This document shows, piece by piece, positions 42,124 through 55,502 of a stretch of DNA of 64,000 nucleotides. The DNA is from Eledone cirrhosa (taxonomy: Eukaryota). The number at the start of each line of letters is the position of its first letter. Position 1 is the stretch's first letter. The notes beneath the pieces are model-generated. The model did not search any database and was not told the origin of the DNA. It was given only the letters and a program-made list of their open reading frames with translations. Position numbers and translations under genes: made by a program. Location of the stretch: positions 21,390,001 to 21,454,000 of the forward strand of contig OZ024748.1 in NCBI GenBank assembly GCA_964016885.1. The letters are read 5' to 3'.

Positions 42124-42718
42124 GAAATTTCAATACTTTCTTAACTTAATCTAATCAGTTATTTAGATTATTCTTCTATGGTTTCTTCTTTTCAACAATT
42201 TTACAATTTTTTTTTATATTGATTTTATATCATATCTCATTTCATATTTTTGTACCGTTTTTTTCTTCTTTTTTTTTGTTTTTGCTTTTTTCTGTTTTCA
42301 TTTTCGTTTTCAATTGTAATTTTGTCTTTTTGAAGTGGATATCCTTTTTATTTGATGCCTTGATCTCTAGCACTTGTGATGCTACATCTAGCCTCACAAA
42401 TTAGATTTTGGTAGGGGATGTTTTCTTTCCTTTTTTTTCTTTTTTTTTTTTCCTCAATTCTTCTTTCTTTTACATCACTAACACACACTTAGTGAAGACT
42501 GCAGCACAGACAACCAACATACTAACATACTACCTATGTCATTATTGGACATGTAGTTGTTTAGTTTGTTCTCTGTATCTGCCCCTATCTCTCTATCACT
42601 CTCTATCTCTCTATCTATGTGTGTGTGTGTGAAAAGTCAATAAGGAAAAAAATACATGGAACAATACTGCACAATGAGGATATATATTAGTTTAATACGT
42701 TTTATAGTAAGGAAAATA

Positions 42719-42756
42719 GTCTTAATGTTTCAGATGTTAGTCCTTCATCAGCAGAT
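42719..42756 (-). ncRNA. Degenerate minimal hammerhead
   Basis: CTGATGA-A-GGA-ctaaca-TCT-GAAA-CA-TT; stems I and III pair poorly. Confidence 0.4.
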
Positions 42757-43759
42757 AGATTGAGAGAGAAGAAACAGAAAAATAACTTTTACAAGAGAAA
42801 TGTGCTTGTGTGTGTGTGTGTGTATGTCAAACCCATGCTAGCTTGGACAGTGGTTGAAAACTAATTATATATATCTAATGTATGGTGAACTCGTGGTTCG
42901 TGGTGTTGAACTCATGATCATAAGATCTTGGGTTTGATTCCTAGGCTGGATGGCATGTTGAGCTTTTGAGCAAGACACTTCATTTCACATTGCTTTTCAT
43001 GATAGGACTGGGGGGGCCCTGTCATTAAAACATATGACCTCCCACTCCACCCCACCTATAAGATAACACCTTGTAGGAGGTCAGCAAAACCTGTATGAGT
43101 GTGAAGAGTAACAACATGATACAACTGGAACCTGATATCATTATAACTCCTGAGAAACCTCATATGAGATACAACCTTGTGGGAGACCAGTAAAACCTGC
43201 AGAAGTATGAACTGTAATAACATGATAGGACTGGAGACTCCTATCATTAAAACACCTGAGAAATTTCCTATGTGACTGCAATCTGATAGGTCAGCTAAGC
43301 TTGCATAGGTGTGATCTGTAAAATTCTTTTTCTGTATTTCAAAACCCAGTAAAATCATATTCCATAGTTAATGCTATGCCTTGCTGGCACTAGCTTTGGT
43401 TTTGTATTTTGTTGTAGTTCGTTGAGGTTGTGTGAAGACATGTAGCCTTGTGGTTAGGATGTTTAGCTCATGATTCTAAAGCTGTGAGATCAATTTCCAT
43501 AAGTGTATTGTATCCTTGAGCAAGATGCTTTATTTCACATTCCTCCAGTCCACTCAGCTGGAAATAAAATTAGTTGTATCTATAATTCAAAGGGCCAGCC
43601 TTTTCACACTCTGTCACTCTGAATCTCTGAGAGAACTATATTTAGGGGTCATGTGTCTGTGGAGCCCTCAGCCATTTTCATATTAATTTCATAAACAAGT
43701 TGCTTCATTGTTCAAACAGCTGGAACACTCTTCATTGGAACCAAGGGAGGTCCAACAAT

Positions 43760-45090
43760 ATTAGTACTGTATTTGCAGTAGTCCATTAGTACTCTAGTTG
43801 ATGTAGTCCACTGGTACTCTATTTGCTGTAGTCCACTGGTACTCTATTTGCTGTAGTCCACTGGTACTCTATTTGCTGTAGTCCACTGGTACTCTATTTG
43901 CTGTAGTCAATTGGTACTCTATTTGCTGTAGTCCATTGGTAGACTATTCGATGTAGTCAATTGGTACTCTATCCGATGTAGTCCATTGGTACTCTATTCG
44001 ATGTAGTCCATTGGTACTCTATTTGCTGTAGTCAATTGGTACTCTATTTGCTGTAGTCCATTGGTACTCTATTTGCTGTGATACATTGATACTGTATTCG
44101 CTTTAGTCCATTGGCACAGTGGAGACATGGGACCTAGTGGTAAGCGTGTTGGACTTACCCCTGGTCTGGGTCGTGTGTTGTGTTTTTGAGCAGAACACTT
44201 CATTTAACATTGCTCCAGTATACTCAGATGGAAATGAGTACCAGCAATAGCTGGGGGTTTAACCCTGCAATGGACTGGCGTCCTATCCAGTGGGAATTGA
44301 GACAGACTTTAGACTTTTAGGTTGGTTGTGTACATGCTGTGGTACATTGGTATTGTACTTCCTATAGTCCATTGGTATTGTACTTGCAATAGTCGATTGG
44401 TAGTGTACTTGCTGTGGTAGATTGGTAGTGTACTTGCTATGGAAGATTGGTAGTGTACTTGCTGTGATACATTGGTATTGGTACTTGCTGTGGTACATTG
44501 GTATTGGTACTTCCTATAGTCCATTGGTATTGTACTTCCTATAGTCCATTGGTATTGTATTTGCTATGGTAGATTGGTAGTGTACTTGCTATGGTACATT
44601 GGTAGTGTACTTGCTATGGTACATTGGTAGTGTACTTGCTATGGTACATTGGTAGTGTACTTGCTATGGTAGATTGGTAGTGTACTTGCTATGGTAGATT
44701 GGTAGTGTACTTGCTATGGTAGATTGGTAGTGTACTTGCTGTGGTACATTGGTAGTGTACTTGCTATGGTAGATTGGTAGTGTACTTGCTATGGTAGATT
44801 GGTAGTGTACTTGCTATGGTAGATTGGTAGTGTACTTGCTATGGTAGATTGGTAGTGTACTTGCTATGGTAGATTGGTAGTGTACTTGCTATGGTAGATT
44901 GGTAGTGTACTTGCTATGGTAGATTGGTAGTGTACTTGCTATGGAAGATTGGTAGTGTATTTGCTGTGGTACATTGGTATTGGTACTTCCTATAGCCCAT
45001 TGGTAGTGTACTTGCTGTGGTACATTGGTAGTGTACTTGCTATGGTACATTGGTAGTGTACTTCCTATAGTCCATTGGTATTGGTACTTG
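43760..45090. repeat. Two related 25-bp minisatellites split by a SINE (44120-44300)
   Basis: Units CTGGTACTCTATTTGCTGTAGTCCA and TTGGTAGTGTACTTGCTATGGTAGA. Confidence 0.9.
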
Positions 45091-45639
45091 TCACAGTTTC
45101 TAATATTTGCTGTTTTTGTTGTTGATTTTTAATTCTTTCAAATCATTTATTTTGTTGATTATTCAATAAAGATGATATAAACATTATATCTTCACAGTTC
45201 TCAATACTCTCTCCCCCCCCCTCTTTCTCTCTCTATCCCCCCTCTCTCTCTCTCTCCCTCTCTCTCTCCCTCTCTCTCCCCCCATCTCTCTCTCTCTCTC
45301 TGAGAAAACTCTTCATTACCATCCTCATCATACATAATTACCATCCTCCTCCTCATCATCTCCCTCTGCCTCCCCCCTCATCATCATCAGCCTCATCATA
45401 CATGATTACCATCCTCATCATTTATAATCACTCATCATAATCATCACAGTTATCACTATCTTCATCACAATTATCCTTGCAATTATCATCCTTTCCACCA
45501 CTAGCATCATCATCATCTCAATAATTATCATAATTATCATCTTCATCCTCACAAGCATCATCCTCATCACCATCACCATCACCATCACCATCATACTCTC
45601 CACTAACACTTTCATTGGCCCCACCATCAGCATCATTGT

Positions 45640-47285
45640 CACCATCCCCTCTCTTGGCCACCACTACCACAACCATCCCTACCACTACCACCATCACCAT
45701 CACCACCTCCTCTCTTGGCCGCCACTACCACAACCATCTCTACCACCACCATCACCATCACCACCACCAGCTCCTCTTGGCCGCCACTACCACAACCATC
45801 CCTACCACCACCACCAGCTCCTCTCTTGGCCACCACTACCACAACCATCCCTACCACCACCACCAGCTCCTCTCTTGGCCACCACTACCACAACCATCCC
45901 TACCACCACCACCATCACCACCACCAGCTCCTCTCTTGGCCACCACTACAACAACCATCCCTACCACCACCACCATCACCACCACCACCTCCTCTCTTGG
46001 CCACCACTACCACAACCATCCCTACCACCACCACCATCACCACCACCAGCTCCTCTCTTGGCCACCACTACAACAACCATCCCTACCACCACCACCATCA
46101 CCACCACCACCTCCTCTCTTGGCCACCACTACCACAACCATCCCTACCACTACCACCTGCTCCTCTCTTGGCCACCACTACCACAACCATCCCTACCACT
46201 ACCACCATCACCACAAGCAGCTCCTCTCTTGGCCACCATCACCACAACCATCCCTACCACTACACCATCACCACAACTATCCCTACCACTACCACCATCA
46301 CCACACCTACCATCCCCAGCACCACCATCAGCAGCAGCTTCCCTCTTGACCTCCAACACCACCACCAGCTCCTCTCTTCACCACCATCACCACAACCATT
46401 ATTACCACCACCATTGCTATCAGCAGCAGCTCCTCTTGGCCACCACCACCACCACCTGCTCCTCTCTTGGCCACCACCATCATCACCATCACCACAACCA
46501 TCCCTACCATCACTGCCATCAGCAGCAGCTCCCCCTCTTGGCATCCATCATCACCACCACCAGCTCCTCTCTTGGCCACCACTACCACAACCATCCCTAC
46601 CACTACCACCATCACCACCACCTGCTCCTCTCTTGGCCACCACTACCACAACCATCCCTACCACTACCACCATCACCACCACCAGCTCCTCTCTTGGCCA
46701 CCACTACCACAACCATCCCTACCACTACCACCATCACCACCACCAGCTCCTCTCTTGGCCACCACTACCACAACCATCCCTACCACTACCACCATCACCA
46801 CCACCAGCTCCTCTCTTGGCCACCACTACCACAACCATCCCTACCACTACCACCATCACCACCACCTGCTCCTCTCTTGGCCACCACTACCACAACCATC
46901 TCTACCATCACTGCCATCAGCAGCAGCTCCCCCTCTTGGCATCCATCATCACCACCACCTGCTCCTCTCTTGGCCACCACTACCACAACCATCCCTACCA
47001 CTACCACCATCACCACCACCTGCTCCTCTCTTGGCCACCACTACCACAACCATCTCTACCATCACTGCCATCAGCAGCAGCTCCCCCTCTTGACATCCAT
47101 CATCACCACCACCTGCTCCTCTCTTGGCCACCACTACCACAACCATCCCTACCACTACCACCATCACCACCACCTGCTCCTCTCTTGGCCACCACTACCA
47201 CAACCATCTCTACCATCACTGCCATCAGCAGCAGCTCCCCCTCTTGGCATCCATCATCACCACCACCTGCTCCTCTCTTGGCCAC
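45640..47285. repeat. ~61-bp ACC-rich minisatellite with a higher-order ~154-bp unit
   Basis: CTCCTCTCTTGGCCACCACTACCACAACCATCCCTACC... repeated. Confidence 0.92.
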
Positions 47286-47551
47286 CAATTTTAAATATAG
47301 TTAAATTTGTCTAGAAATCTTGGCAGGAAATTATAACCAATTAAATAATAAGTGTCCTTCATTTACAGCATGTGTACTATGGTTGGTAGGACTGCACCCC
47401 TTAGATAACAGACAAGTGCATTCTATTATAATAATGATTTGTCATTATTATGTAGCTAGGGCAGAGGCTAGTTTGGCACAAACGCCACATAGTTTCTCTA
47501 ATTACTTTCAATTATATTGTTAGTTTATTTCACTTTTTACAGTTTAACCCT

Positions 47552-47553
<2 letters not shown>

Positions 47554-47586
<33 letters not shown>

Positions 47587-47919
47587 TTCATTTAACGTCC
47601 GCTTTTTCCCTGCTTGCAAGGGTGGGACGGGACGGGAACTGATTCTGGCTTGATTTCTACAGCTGGATGCCCTTCCTAACACCAACCTCATTTACAGTGA
47701 GTGCTGGGTGCTTTTTTGCCGTGGCACCTCCACGACCACTTTACAGTGGAATGATAGGGACCCCAGTCCTTATCATCTCATTTCTACAGCTGAGTAAACT
47801 GGAGCAATATGAAATAAAGTGTCTTGCTCAAGGAAACAACACATCACCCGGTCTGAGAATTGAACTCACAACATTTCGATTGCAAGGCCAATGCTCTAAC
47901 CACTAAGCCATGTGCCTCC
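47554..47919 (-). mobile_element. SINE family A inserted in a MITE terminus
   Basis: Matches family A. Flanks TTAACCCTTTC and ACATATTTCTAATGACACTCTGCC rejoin as a MITE end. Confidence 0.9.
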
Positions 47920-48024
47920 ATTCCTTTACATATTTCTAATGACACTCTGCCAGTGCTTTTCAAATAATTTTGAAAATGATTAAGAATTTGGAAGGATTTA
48001 GTATCCCTCTCATTATTAACCTTT

Positions 48025-48418
48025 TCGGTAGAGGGTCGGACATCATGCTTTCCAGCACAGTTACATCCCTTTACGGTCTGAGTTCAAATCCCGTTGAGGT
48101 TAACTTTGGCTTTCATCCTTACGGGGTCGATAAAATAAAGTACCAGTAATGTACTGAGTAATTGCTGGCCTTGTACCAAAAGTAGAAACAATTATTAACC
48201 TTTTGATTGGCAAAATCATTAGAGCGTCGGACATCATGCTTAGCGGCATAGAGTTATGGCCCTTTGTGTTCTGAGTTCAAATCCTGCTGAGATTAGCTTT
48301 GCCTTTCATCTTTACGGGATCGATAAAATAAGGTAGCAGTAATGAATTGGGGTCGATTTAATCGACTTTTCCCTCCCCAAAAATTGTTGGCCTTGTGCCT
48401 AAATCAGAAACCATTATT
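48025..48418 (+). mobile_element. Two SINE family B copies
   Basis: 48025-48195 and 48205-48418 match family B. Confidence 0.85.
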
Positions 48419-48774
48419 AACGCTTTTGTTGTCATGACACTCTGTTACGTGTTCCAGCTAACAGACTGAGGCCATGCTGGGGCACCACCATTGATTTTTT
48501 TTTTTATTTTTTTTTTTTTTTATTGATTTTTCATATAGCTTTGAAAAGTATCAAGAATTTGGAGGGAATTAATAACTTTCTGCATCATTAACCCTTTCCT
48601 TGGCATATTTCTAATGACAGACTCTGCCAGTGGTTTTCAAGTAATTTTCAAGAATTTCAAGGGATTTAATAAAATAACAAATTTTCTCATTAATAACATG
48701 TTTGTGGCACAAAAGTTCTTACATAAAATTATAATGGAAGGTTTTTAGATAAATATAAACACTTTTGCTAGCCC

Positions 48775-48995
48775 ATTAGCATTTACATCACTCTACTACT
48801 ATATTTTCATGGTAAAGGCTTTATCTCACATAATTATCTCACATAATATGGAATCTATGAGATTTTGATGATGTTATTATTTATTTGAGAACAATACCTT
48901 AACGTCAGTATGAGTGGTTGGTTATGGCTGGTTTGAACAGAAAGAGGGGAGAGAATTATGGCCAAATATGGCCAGTTTAAATGCTAAAGGGTTAA
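48775..48995 (-). mobile_element. piggyBac-type MITE
   Basis: TTAGCATTTACAT ... TAAATGCTAAAGGGTTAA; same family as 39875-40087. Confidence 0.7.
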
Positions 48996-49869
48996 AACAA
49001 ACAGTTTGTATCATAAAACCAAGGGCCATTTCAGACAGTGTTGGTACCAAAAGGATTAAGTTGGTGTTTAAAACATTAGTTAATGAAGGTTCTTACATAA
49101 AATTATACTGGAAGGTTTTAAGATAAATATAAACACGTTAAAACAAAGTTTTACATCATAGAAGGTGGGTGGTTTGGTCTCAAGAGGGTTAAATCCTGTT
49201 GAGGTCAACTTGACATTTCACACACATCTATGGTTGGTTAAAATAATTACCAGTTATATATTTTCTATTCAATCTGCCTTTGATCCTCTATTAATATCAT
49301 CATCACCATCATCATATTACCACCATCATCAACATCACTAACACCATCATCATTATCAACATCATGATGTTGATCTTACTGATTTTTATGGCAATGATAA
49401 TAATGTTGATGTTGCTGATAATGATGGTGATGATATTGATGATAATGATGGTTATGTTGATGATGATGTTGAAGGTGATGATGATAGTGATAGTGATGGT
49501 GATGATGGTGGTGATATTGATTATGGTGGTGATGATAGTGATGGTGATGGTGATGGTGATACTGATTATGGTAGTGATGATAGTGATGGTGGTGATATTG
49601 ATTATGGTGGTGATGATGATAATGGCGATGATATTGATGATGATGATGATGTTGAAGATGATGATGTTGATAGTTATGATGATGTTGATTCCTAAGAACA
49701 ATGCCAACCAAACCAATAATAGAAGACAACAACAGTTTGAGAGAAATGGTGCCTCTAGATGTTTACCATCATCTTTGGAACAGAAATGGAATCATTGGAG
49801 TTTACACTTGGAACAATGTACGGCTTCCTTCAAACACTTTCACCCTATCTCTATGTGGAGTATTAGTTC

Positions 49870-50790
49870 TGTGTGTGTTGTTAGTTGTGTGTCTGTGTGT
49901 GTGTTGTTGGTTGTGTGTCTGTGTGTGTTGTTGGTTGTGTATCTGTGTGTTGTTGGTTGTGTGCCTATTGTCTGTCTGTGTGTGTTGTTGGCTGTGTGCC
50001 TGTGTGTGTTGTTGGTTGTGTGTCTGTGTGTGTTGTTGGTTGTGTGTCTGTGTGTGTTGTTGGTTGTGTGCCTGTGTGTGTTGTTGGTTGTGTGTCTGTG
50101 TGTGTTGTTGGTTGTGTGCCTGTGTGTGTTGTTGGTTGTGTGTGTGTCTGTGTGTCTGTGTGTTGTTGGTTGTCTGCCTGTGTGTGTTGTTGGTGTGTGT
50201 CTGTGTGTGTTGTTGGTTGTGTGTCTGTGTGTCTTGTTGGTGTGTGTTGTTGGTTGTGTGCCTGTGTGTGTTGTTGGTGTGTGTCTGTGTGTGTTGTTGG
50301 TTGTGTGTCTGTGTGTGTTGTTGGTTGTGTGTCTGTGTGTGTTGTTGGTTGTGTGTCTGTGTGTCTGTGTGTGTTGTTGGTTGTGTGTCTGTGTGTTGTT
50401 GGTTGTCTGCCTGTGTGTGTTGTTGGTTGTGTATCTGTGTGTTGTTGGTTGTGTGCCTATTGTCTGTCTGTGTGTGTTGTTGGCTGTGTGCCTGAGTGTG
50501 TTGTTGGTTGTGTGTCTGTGTGTGTTGTTGGTTGTGTGTCTGTGTGTGTTGTTGGTTGTGTGTCTGTGTGTGTTGTTGGTTGTGTCTGTGTGTGTTGTTG
50601 GTTGTGTGTCTGTGTGTGTTGTTGGCTGTGTGTCTGTGTTGTTGGTTGTGTGCCTGTGTGTGTTGTTGGTTGTGTGTCTGTGTGTGTTGTTGGTTGTGTG
50701 TCTGTGTGTGTTGTTGGCTGTGTGTCTGTGTGTGTTGTTGGCTGTGTGTCTGTGTGTGTTGTTGGCTGTGTGTCTGTGTGTGTGTTGTTA
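49870..50790. repeat. ~22-bp TG-rich minisatellite
   Basis: GTGTCTGTGTGTGTTGTTGGTT repeated. Confidence 0.93.
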
Positions 50791-51499
50791 CTAGTTTGTG
50801 TGTGTGTATGTGAATGTTTCTATGTATATATGTGTGCGTATATTGTATCTATTTAGGTATGTATGTGTGTGTGTGTGTGTGTGTCTGTGTTGTTAGTTGT
50901 GTGTCTGTGTGTGTGTTGTTAGTTGTGTGTCTGTGTGTGTGTTGTGTGTATGTATATGTATGTATATATATATATATGTGTGTATGTATATGTATGTATA
51001 TATATATATGTGTGTATGTATATGTATGTATATATATTTATATGTGTATGTATATGTATATATATATATATATGTGTGTGTGTGGGTATATATATATACA
51101 TGCATACATATATATATACATATATATATATATAGCAGAGAGGTAGGGAGAGGGGCAGGGAAGAGATCAAAAGATAAGATAAATGCATTTACAGATGTGT
51201 ATGTTTGTTTCTTTGGTTTCATGTATGTGTTTTATATGCGTTTACATGGAAATGTGTGCGTGTGTGTGTCTGTACTTGTATAGTGTGTGTGTGTATCTGA
51301 TATTTTCATACTAAAGATAGGTAAAAGAAGAACTTAGATTCCATCTGAGATGAAACATGTCAAACCTCTCCAACTATGCCCACCACACACCACCTTCACT
51401 CAATCTACTACCACCACCACTATCACAAATTGCACTCGATGCCCCCCCCCCACCACCACCACCACCACCACACACCACCACCACCCTCCCAACTACCAC

Positions 51500-52040
51500 C
51501 ACACACCACCATCACCACCACCATCACCCTCCCAACCACCACCACACACCACCATCACCCTCCCAACTGCCACCACACACCAACACCAACCCCCACACAC
51601 CAACACCACTCACCACCTAACCAATCCCCTTCCCCTGCCACGTCCCAACCACTATCATCCACACATACTACCATCCACACACCCAACCACCATCCACACA
51701 TGCAACCATCATCACCACCACACAACCAACTCCCTTCCCCTGCCACACACCACCATCCACACACACTACCACCACCACACACCACCATCACCCTCCCAAC
51801 CACCACCACACACCACCATCACCCTCCCAACTGCCACCACACACCAACACCAACCCCCACACACCAACACCACTCACCACCTAACCAATCCCCTTCCCCT
51901 GCCACATCCCAACCACTATCATCCACACATACTACCATCCACACACCCAACCACCATCCACACATGCAACCATCACCACCACCACACAACCAACTCCCTT
52001 CCCCTGCCACACCACCATCCACACACACTACCACCACCAT
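51500..52040. repeat. ~264-bp tandem duplication of CA-rich sequence
   Basis: TCCCAACTGCC at 51561 and 51825, with matching downstream sequence. Confidence 0.85.
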
Positions 52041-52300
52041 ACACCACCATCCCCACCTTTACTTTCAATCAATTCACTAAGGATTTTTTTTATAACAGGT
52101 GATATTAAAAACACTGCCATGCATGCCAGCAGGTGTGTGTAGTTATGCACACCTGTTGTATGTAGGTATATATATATGGATATATGTTTGTATATAGCTA
52201 TATATACATATATGTGTGTGTGTAATATATATATATATATATATATATAAACTACACCCACAAATACATTCATAATATGCATATGCACAAATATATATAT

Positions 52301-53610
52301 CATCCTCATCGTTTAACATCCATCTTCCACGCTAGCATGGGTCTGGACGGGAATTGTCCCACTTGAGGCAAGATTGGTTGTCTTGCTCAGGGCTGTCTGG
52401 CAGGTTTTCTACGGCTGGATGCCCTTCCTAACACCAACCACGTTTACAGTGTGGACTGGGAGGTTTTTACCGTGTTACCTACATCACCACATTACAACGT
52501 GGACTGTGTGTTTTGTTTGTCGTGACACCTACACGACCTCATTTATTTAGGACTGGATGTTGTGGTACCAACATAGCTTTACATCGAAAGGGGCGGTGTA
52601 GATTGCGGTAGTGGGACGGGAGTGTATTTTGGTTAAGAGGTGCCTACTGACTGTAGGTTTCGTTTTGTACTTAGGCAAGGCAGGTCTTCTGTATTACTAC
52701 GTAGCTCCAAAGATCTCGGTCCAGTGACATTGTCTTGGAGAGGTGTAAGTGTGTGAGGTCGGATTTTATCAAGTCGTCCCAGGTTTTTCTGGGTCTGCCT
52801 ACTCCGTAGCTACTGTCTATTTTGATCGCCCTGCGCTTTTTTATACAGCTGTCATCTTTCATGCGCATCACATGGCCATATCAACGTAGTCTTCTCTCGA
52901 GTAAACAGCATCTGATCCCTCTTATTCCTAATTTCTCACTTAGTTCGTTTATGCTTTGCCGTTCGCGTATATTACTATTACACATCCAACGGAGCATGCA
53001 AACTTTGTTCCTATCCAGTCTACGTAGATCCTCTGCACACAAGGCCCATGTCTCTCTGCCATGTAACATCACTGTTCGTATGCAGGCATCATACAGCCTG
53101 CCTTTTATTTTTAGAGAGAAACCTTTAGCGGCCAATAGTGGTATAAGCTCTCTGAACTTTTTCCATCCCGTTCAGACTCTAGCTACAGTACTTTCGGAGC
53201 ACCCTCCACCACTGCTGATTTTGTCACCCAGGTAACAGAAGGTGTCCACTATTTCTATAGAACCATTTGGGCACTAGAATGAGCTAATATTCTGTGGGCA
53301 TTTGCTGCTACTTATTGCACCAGAGCACCGGCCACATATAAAATCTATATTCTTAGTTAGCTTACCTGTGATCCCACTACATCTTTTATGCACCCATACT
53401 TTGCATTTGGGACATAAAATGGAGTTTCTGCCTACTCCTTTCTTACACACTGAGCATAGCCATTTCCAAGATGGGACCAGTACCCTATTCTCCTTCCTGC
53501 ATATTAGGACTTTAGTCTTAGACAAGTTAACTTTAAGGCCTTTTGATTCTAGGCCATGCTTCCATGTTTGGAATTTCTTCTCTAGTTCAGCCATTGATTC
53601 GGCTATGAGC
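52301..53610 (-). mobile_element. RTE-clade LINE 3' fragment with stops
   Basis: ORFs 53274-53594, 52881-53135 and 52671-52871 are consecutive pieces of the 34-kb RT protein. Confidence 0.95.
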
Positions 53611-53722
53611 GAATGTCTCTATATGTATGTATATATAGACACACATATATTATGTGTCAATGTGTGTGTGCATATATGTATTTATATATGTAAACCTACA
53701 CACACAGATACATGCATCCATG

Positions 53723-53779
<57 letters not shown>

Positions 53780-53962
53780 ATAGAGGATAACAAGATATCA
53801 TTATAGGTAATCCAGTTAGAGGTTGTGAATACTTCTTATCATGGATAGTTTTAGCGTACGGCGTTGCTTGACTAAACAAGAGGTTTACGTAGATGGCGAG
53901 TTTATGATTTAACTTGTATTCCTATGTATATATATATAAAAGATGGTTAAAGGAGTTCCATG

Positions 53963-54033
53963 TATTTTATTATGCGCATTTCAAAAACAAATATCATCAT
54001 GCAATAACATTTGTGTTTTCATCAGATAAAATA
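53963..54033 (-). ncRNA. Type I hammerhead ribozyme with intact core
   Basis: Exact mirror of 54152-54222. Confidence 0.8.
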
Positions 54034-54151
54034 GGAAGACATGATATGAAGGTTAAAAAACACTTGTGAATAGTGCAGTTTTAAATCAACATATGTTGAT
54101 TTATACCTGCACTATTCACAAGTGTTTTTTAACATTCATATCATGTCTTCC

Positions 54152-54222
54152 TATTTTATCTGATGAAAACACAAATGTTATTGCATGATGATATTTGTTT
54201 TTGAAATGCGCATAATAAAATA
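54152..54222 (+). ncRNA. Type I hammerhead ribozyme with intact core
   Basis: TATTTTAT-CTGATGA-AAACACAAATGTTATT..GATGATATTTGTTTTT-GAAA-TGCGCA-TA-ATAAAATA. Predicted cleavage after 54214. Confidence 0.8.
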
Positions 54223-54345
54223 CATGGAACTCTTTTAACCATCTTTTGTTCTTATATATTATGTATACTCCAGTCCTACAAACTGTAGAGTGCTTCTTAT
54301 CCGATATCTGCATTGCTTTATTGTACTACAATAAAACTCACCTCC

Positions 54346-54396
<51 letters not shown>

Positions 54397-54659
54397 TATG
54401 TGCATATGGCAAGTAACAATTAAATGTGAACAATCACTAGTGATTGTTGACAATATATATATATATATATATTGTGAACAATCACTAGTAATTGTTGACA
54501 ATATATATATATATATGGGGGAGGGGACATGTGTGTGTGTGTGTATATGTTTGTATGTATCTATTATATATTTAACCTGGCTCTCTCTTAATATGCATAT
54601 TTACAAGTTTGTAATAATTCAGCCACTTTTCTATCAAGAGCCTTTTCTATTTCTAGTGT

Positions 54660-54700
<41 letters not shown>

Positions 54701-55502
54701 TTATATATATATAGTGTTATATATATATAGTGTTATATTTATATATATATATATATAACACTAACCCTCTGTTTGCAGAGGGCTGGCAGAAGGCAAAGCC
54801 ATCTTACACATGAGAATATCATGTATTCCATCACACCCTTGGCCATCCTCAAGGGTGTTATTAAGCTGGTTGTTATTATTAGTGGAGCATCAGCAGCTCG
54901 TCGGAGGTGGGGGTTGTTGTTGCAGCGGGTGTGGCTGGCCATTGTCTGCAGGAATGCTTTTGCGGTCTCGTCCACAGGGTGCAGCTCCTCAACCGCCACG
55001 CCCTAGCCCCAGAGCCCAATCATCCTCCCCTCCCCTCACCATTCTTCTATGACACTAAAGTTATTGCCATTCTCTCCGTTTTTCCTTTCTTTTTCTCTTT
55101 CTTCCCTATATTTCCTGTTTTACATTCCATTCTTCTCAATCTATTTTTTTTCCTGTTCTATTAAACTATATTTACATATATTCCATGAATAAGATAATAT
55201 TATACTTTTGAGGTCCTGTGAGTGGGCAAGCATTCCACTCCAATGTTACAAGGCTATTGTCTACTATTGTTGTTGTTTTTCTCTGGTTCTGTTTAGTCAT
55301 ATTATTCTCCAGTAGTTATGAGCTGTGTGTATCCAGTTTAGAATAGGGACATCATGTCCCTCTATGTCCCTATGAAGCAACTAAAATATTTGGTGTCAAG
55401 GAAGGCATCCGTATGTAAAATATTGCCTCAAAAAGTCCCCTCCAACTCATGCCATGGAAAAGTCAATATAAAAACGGTGACAACATTGATGATGATGATG
55501 TT

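Larger units (their letters stand above)
53938..54348 (+). mobile_element. Fold-back element: 310-bp loopless palindrome with two hammerheads plus the 3' motif
   Basis: Arms 53938-54092 and 54093-54247. Motif ACTC-CAGT-cctacaa-ACTG-TA-GAGTGCT at 54267-54294; (TA)n on both sides. Confidence 0.88.

Noticed and set aside
45615-47314. Mucin-like 479- and 529-aa ORFs
   Set aside because: A 61-bp tandem repeat open in multiple frames.
49690-49865. Unique island with open reading frames
   Set aside because: No splice signals or recognisable homology.
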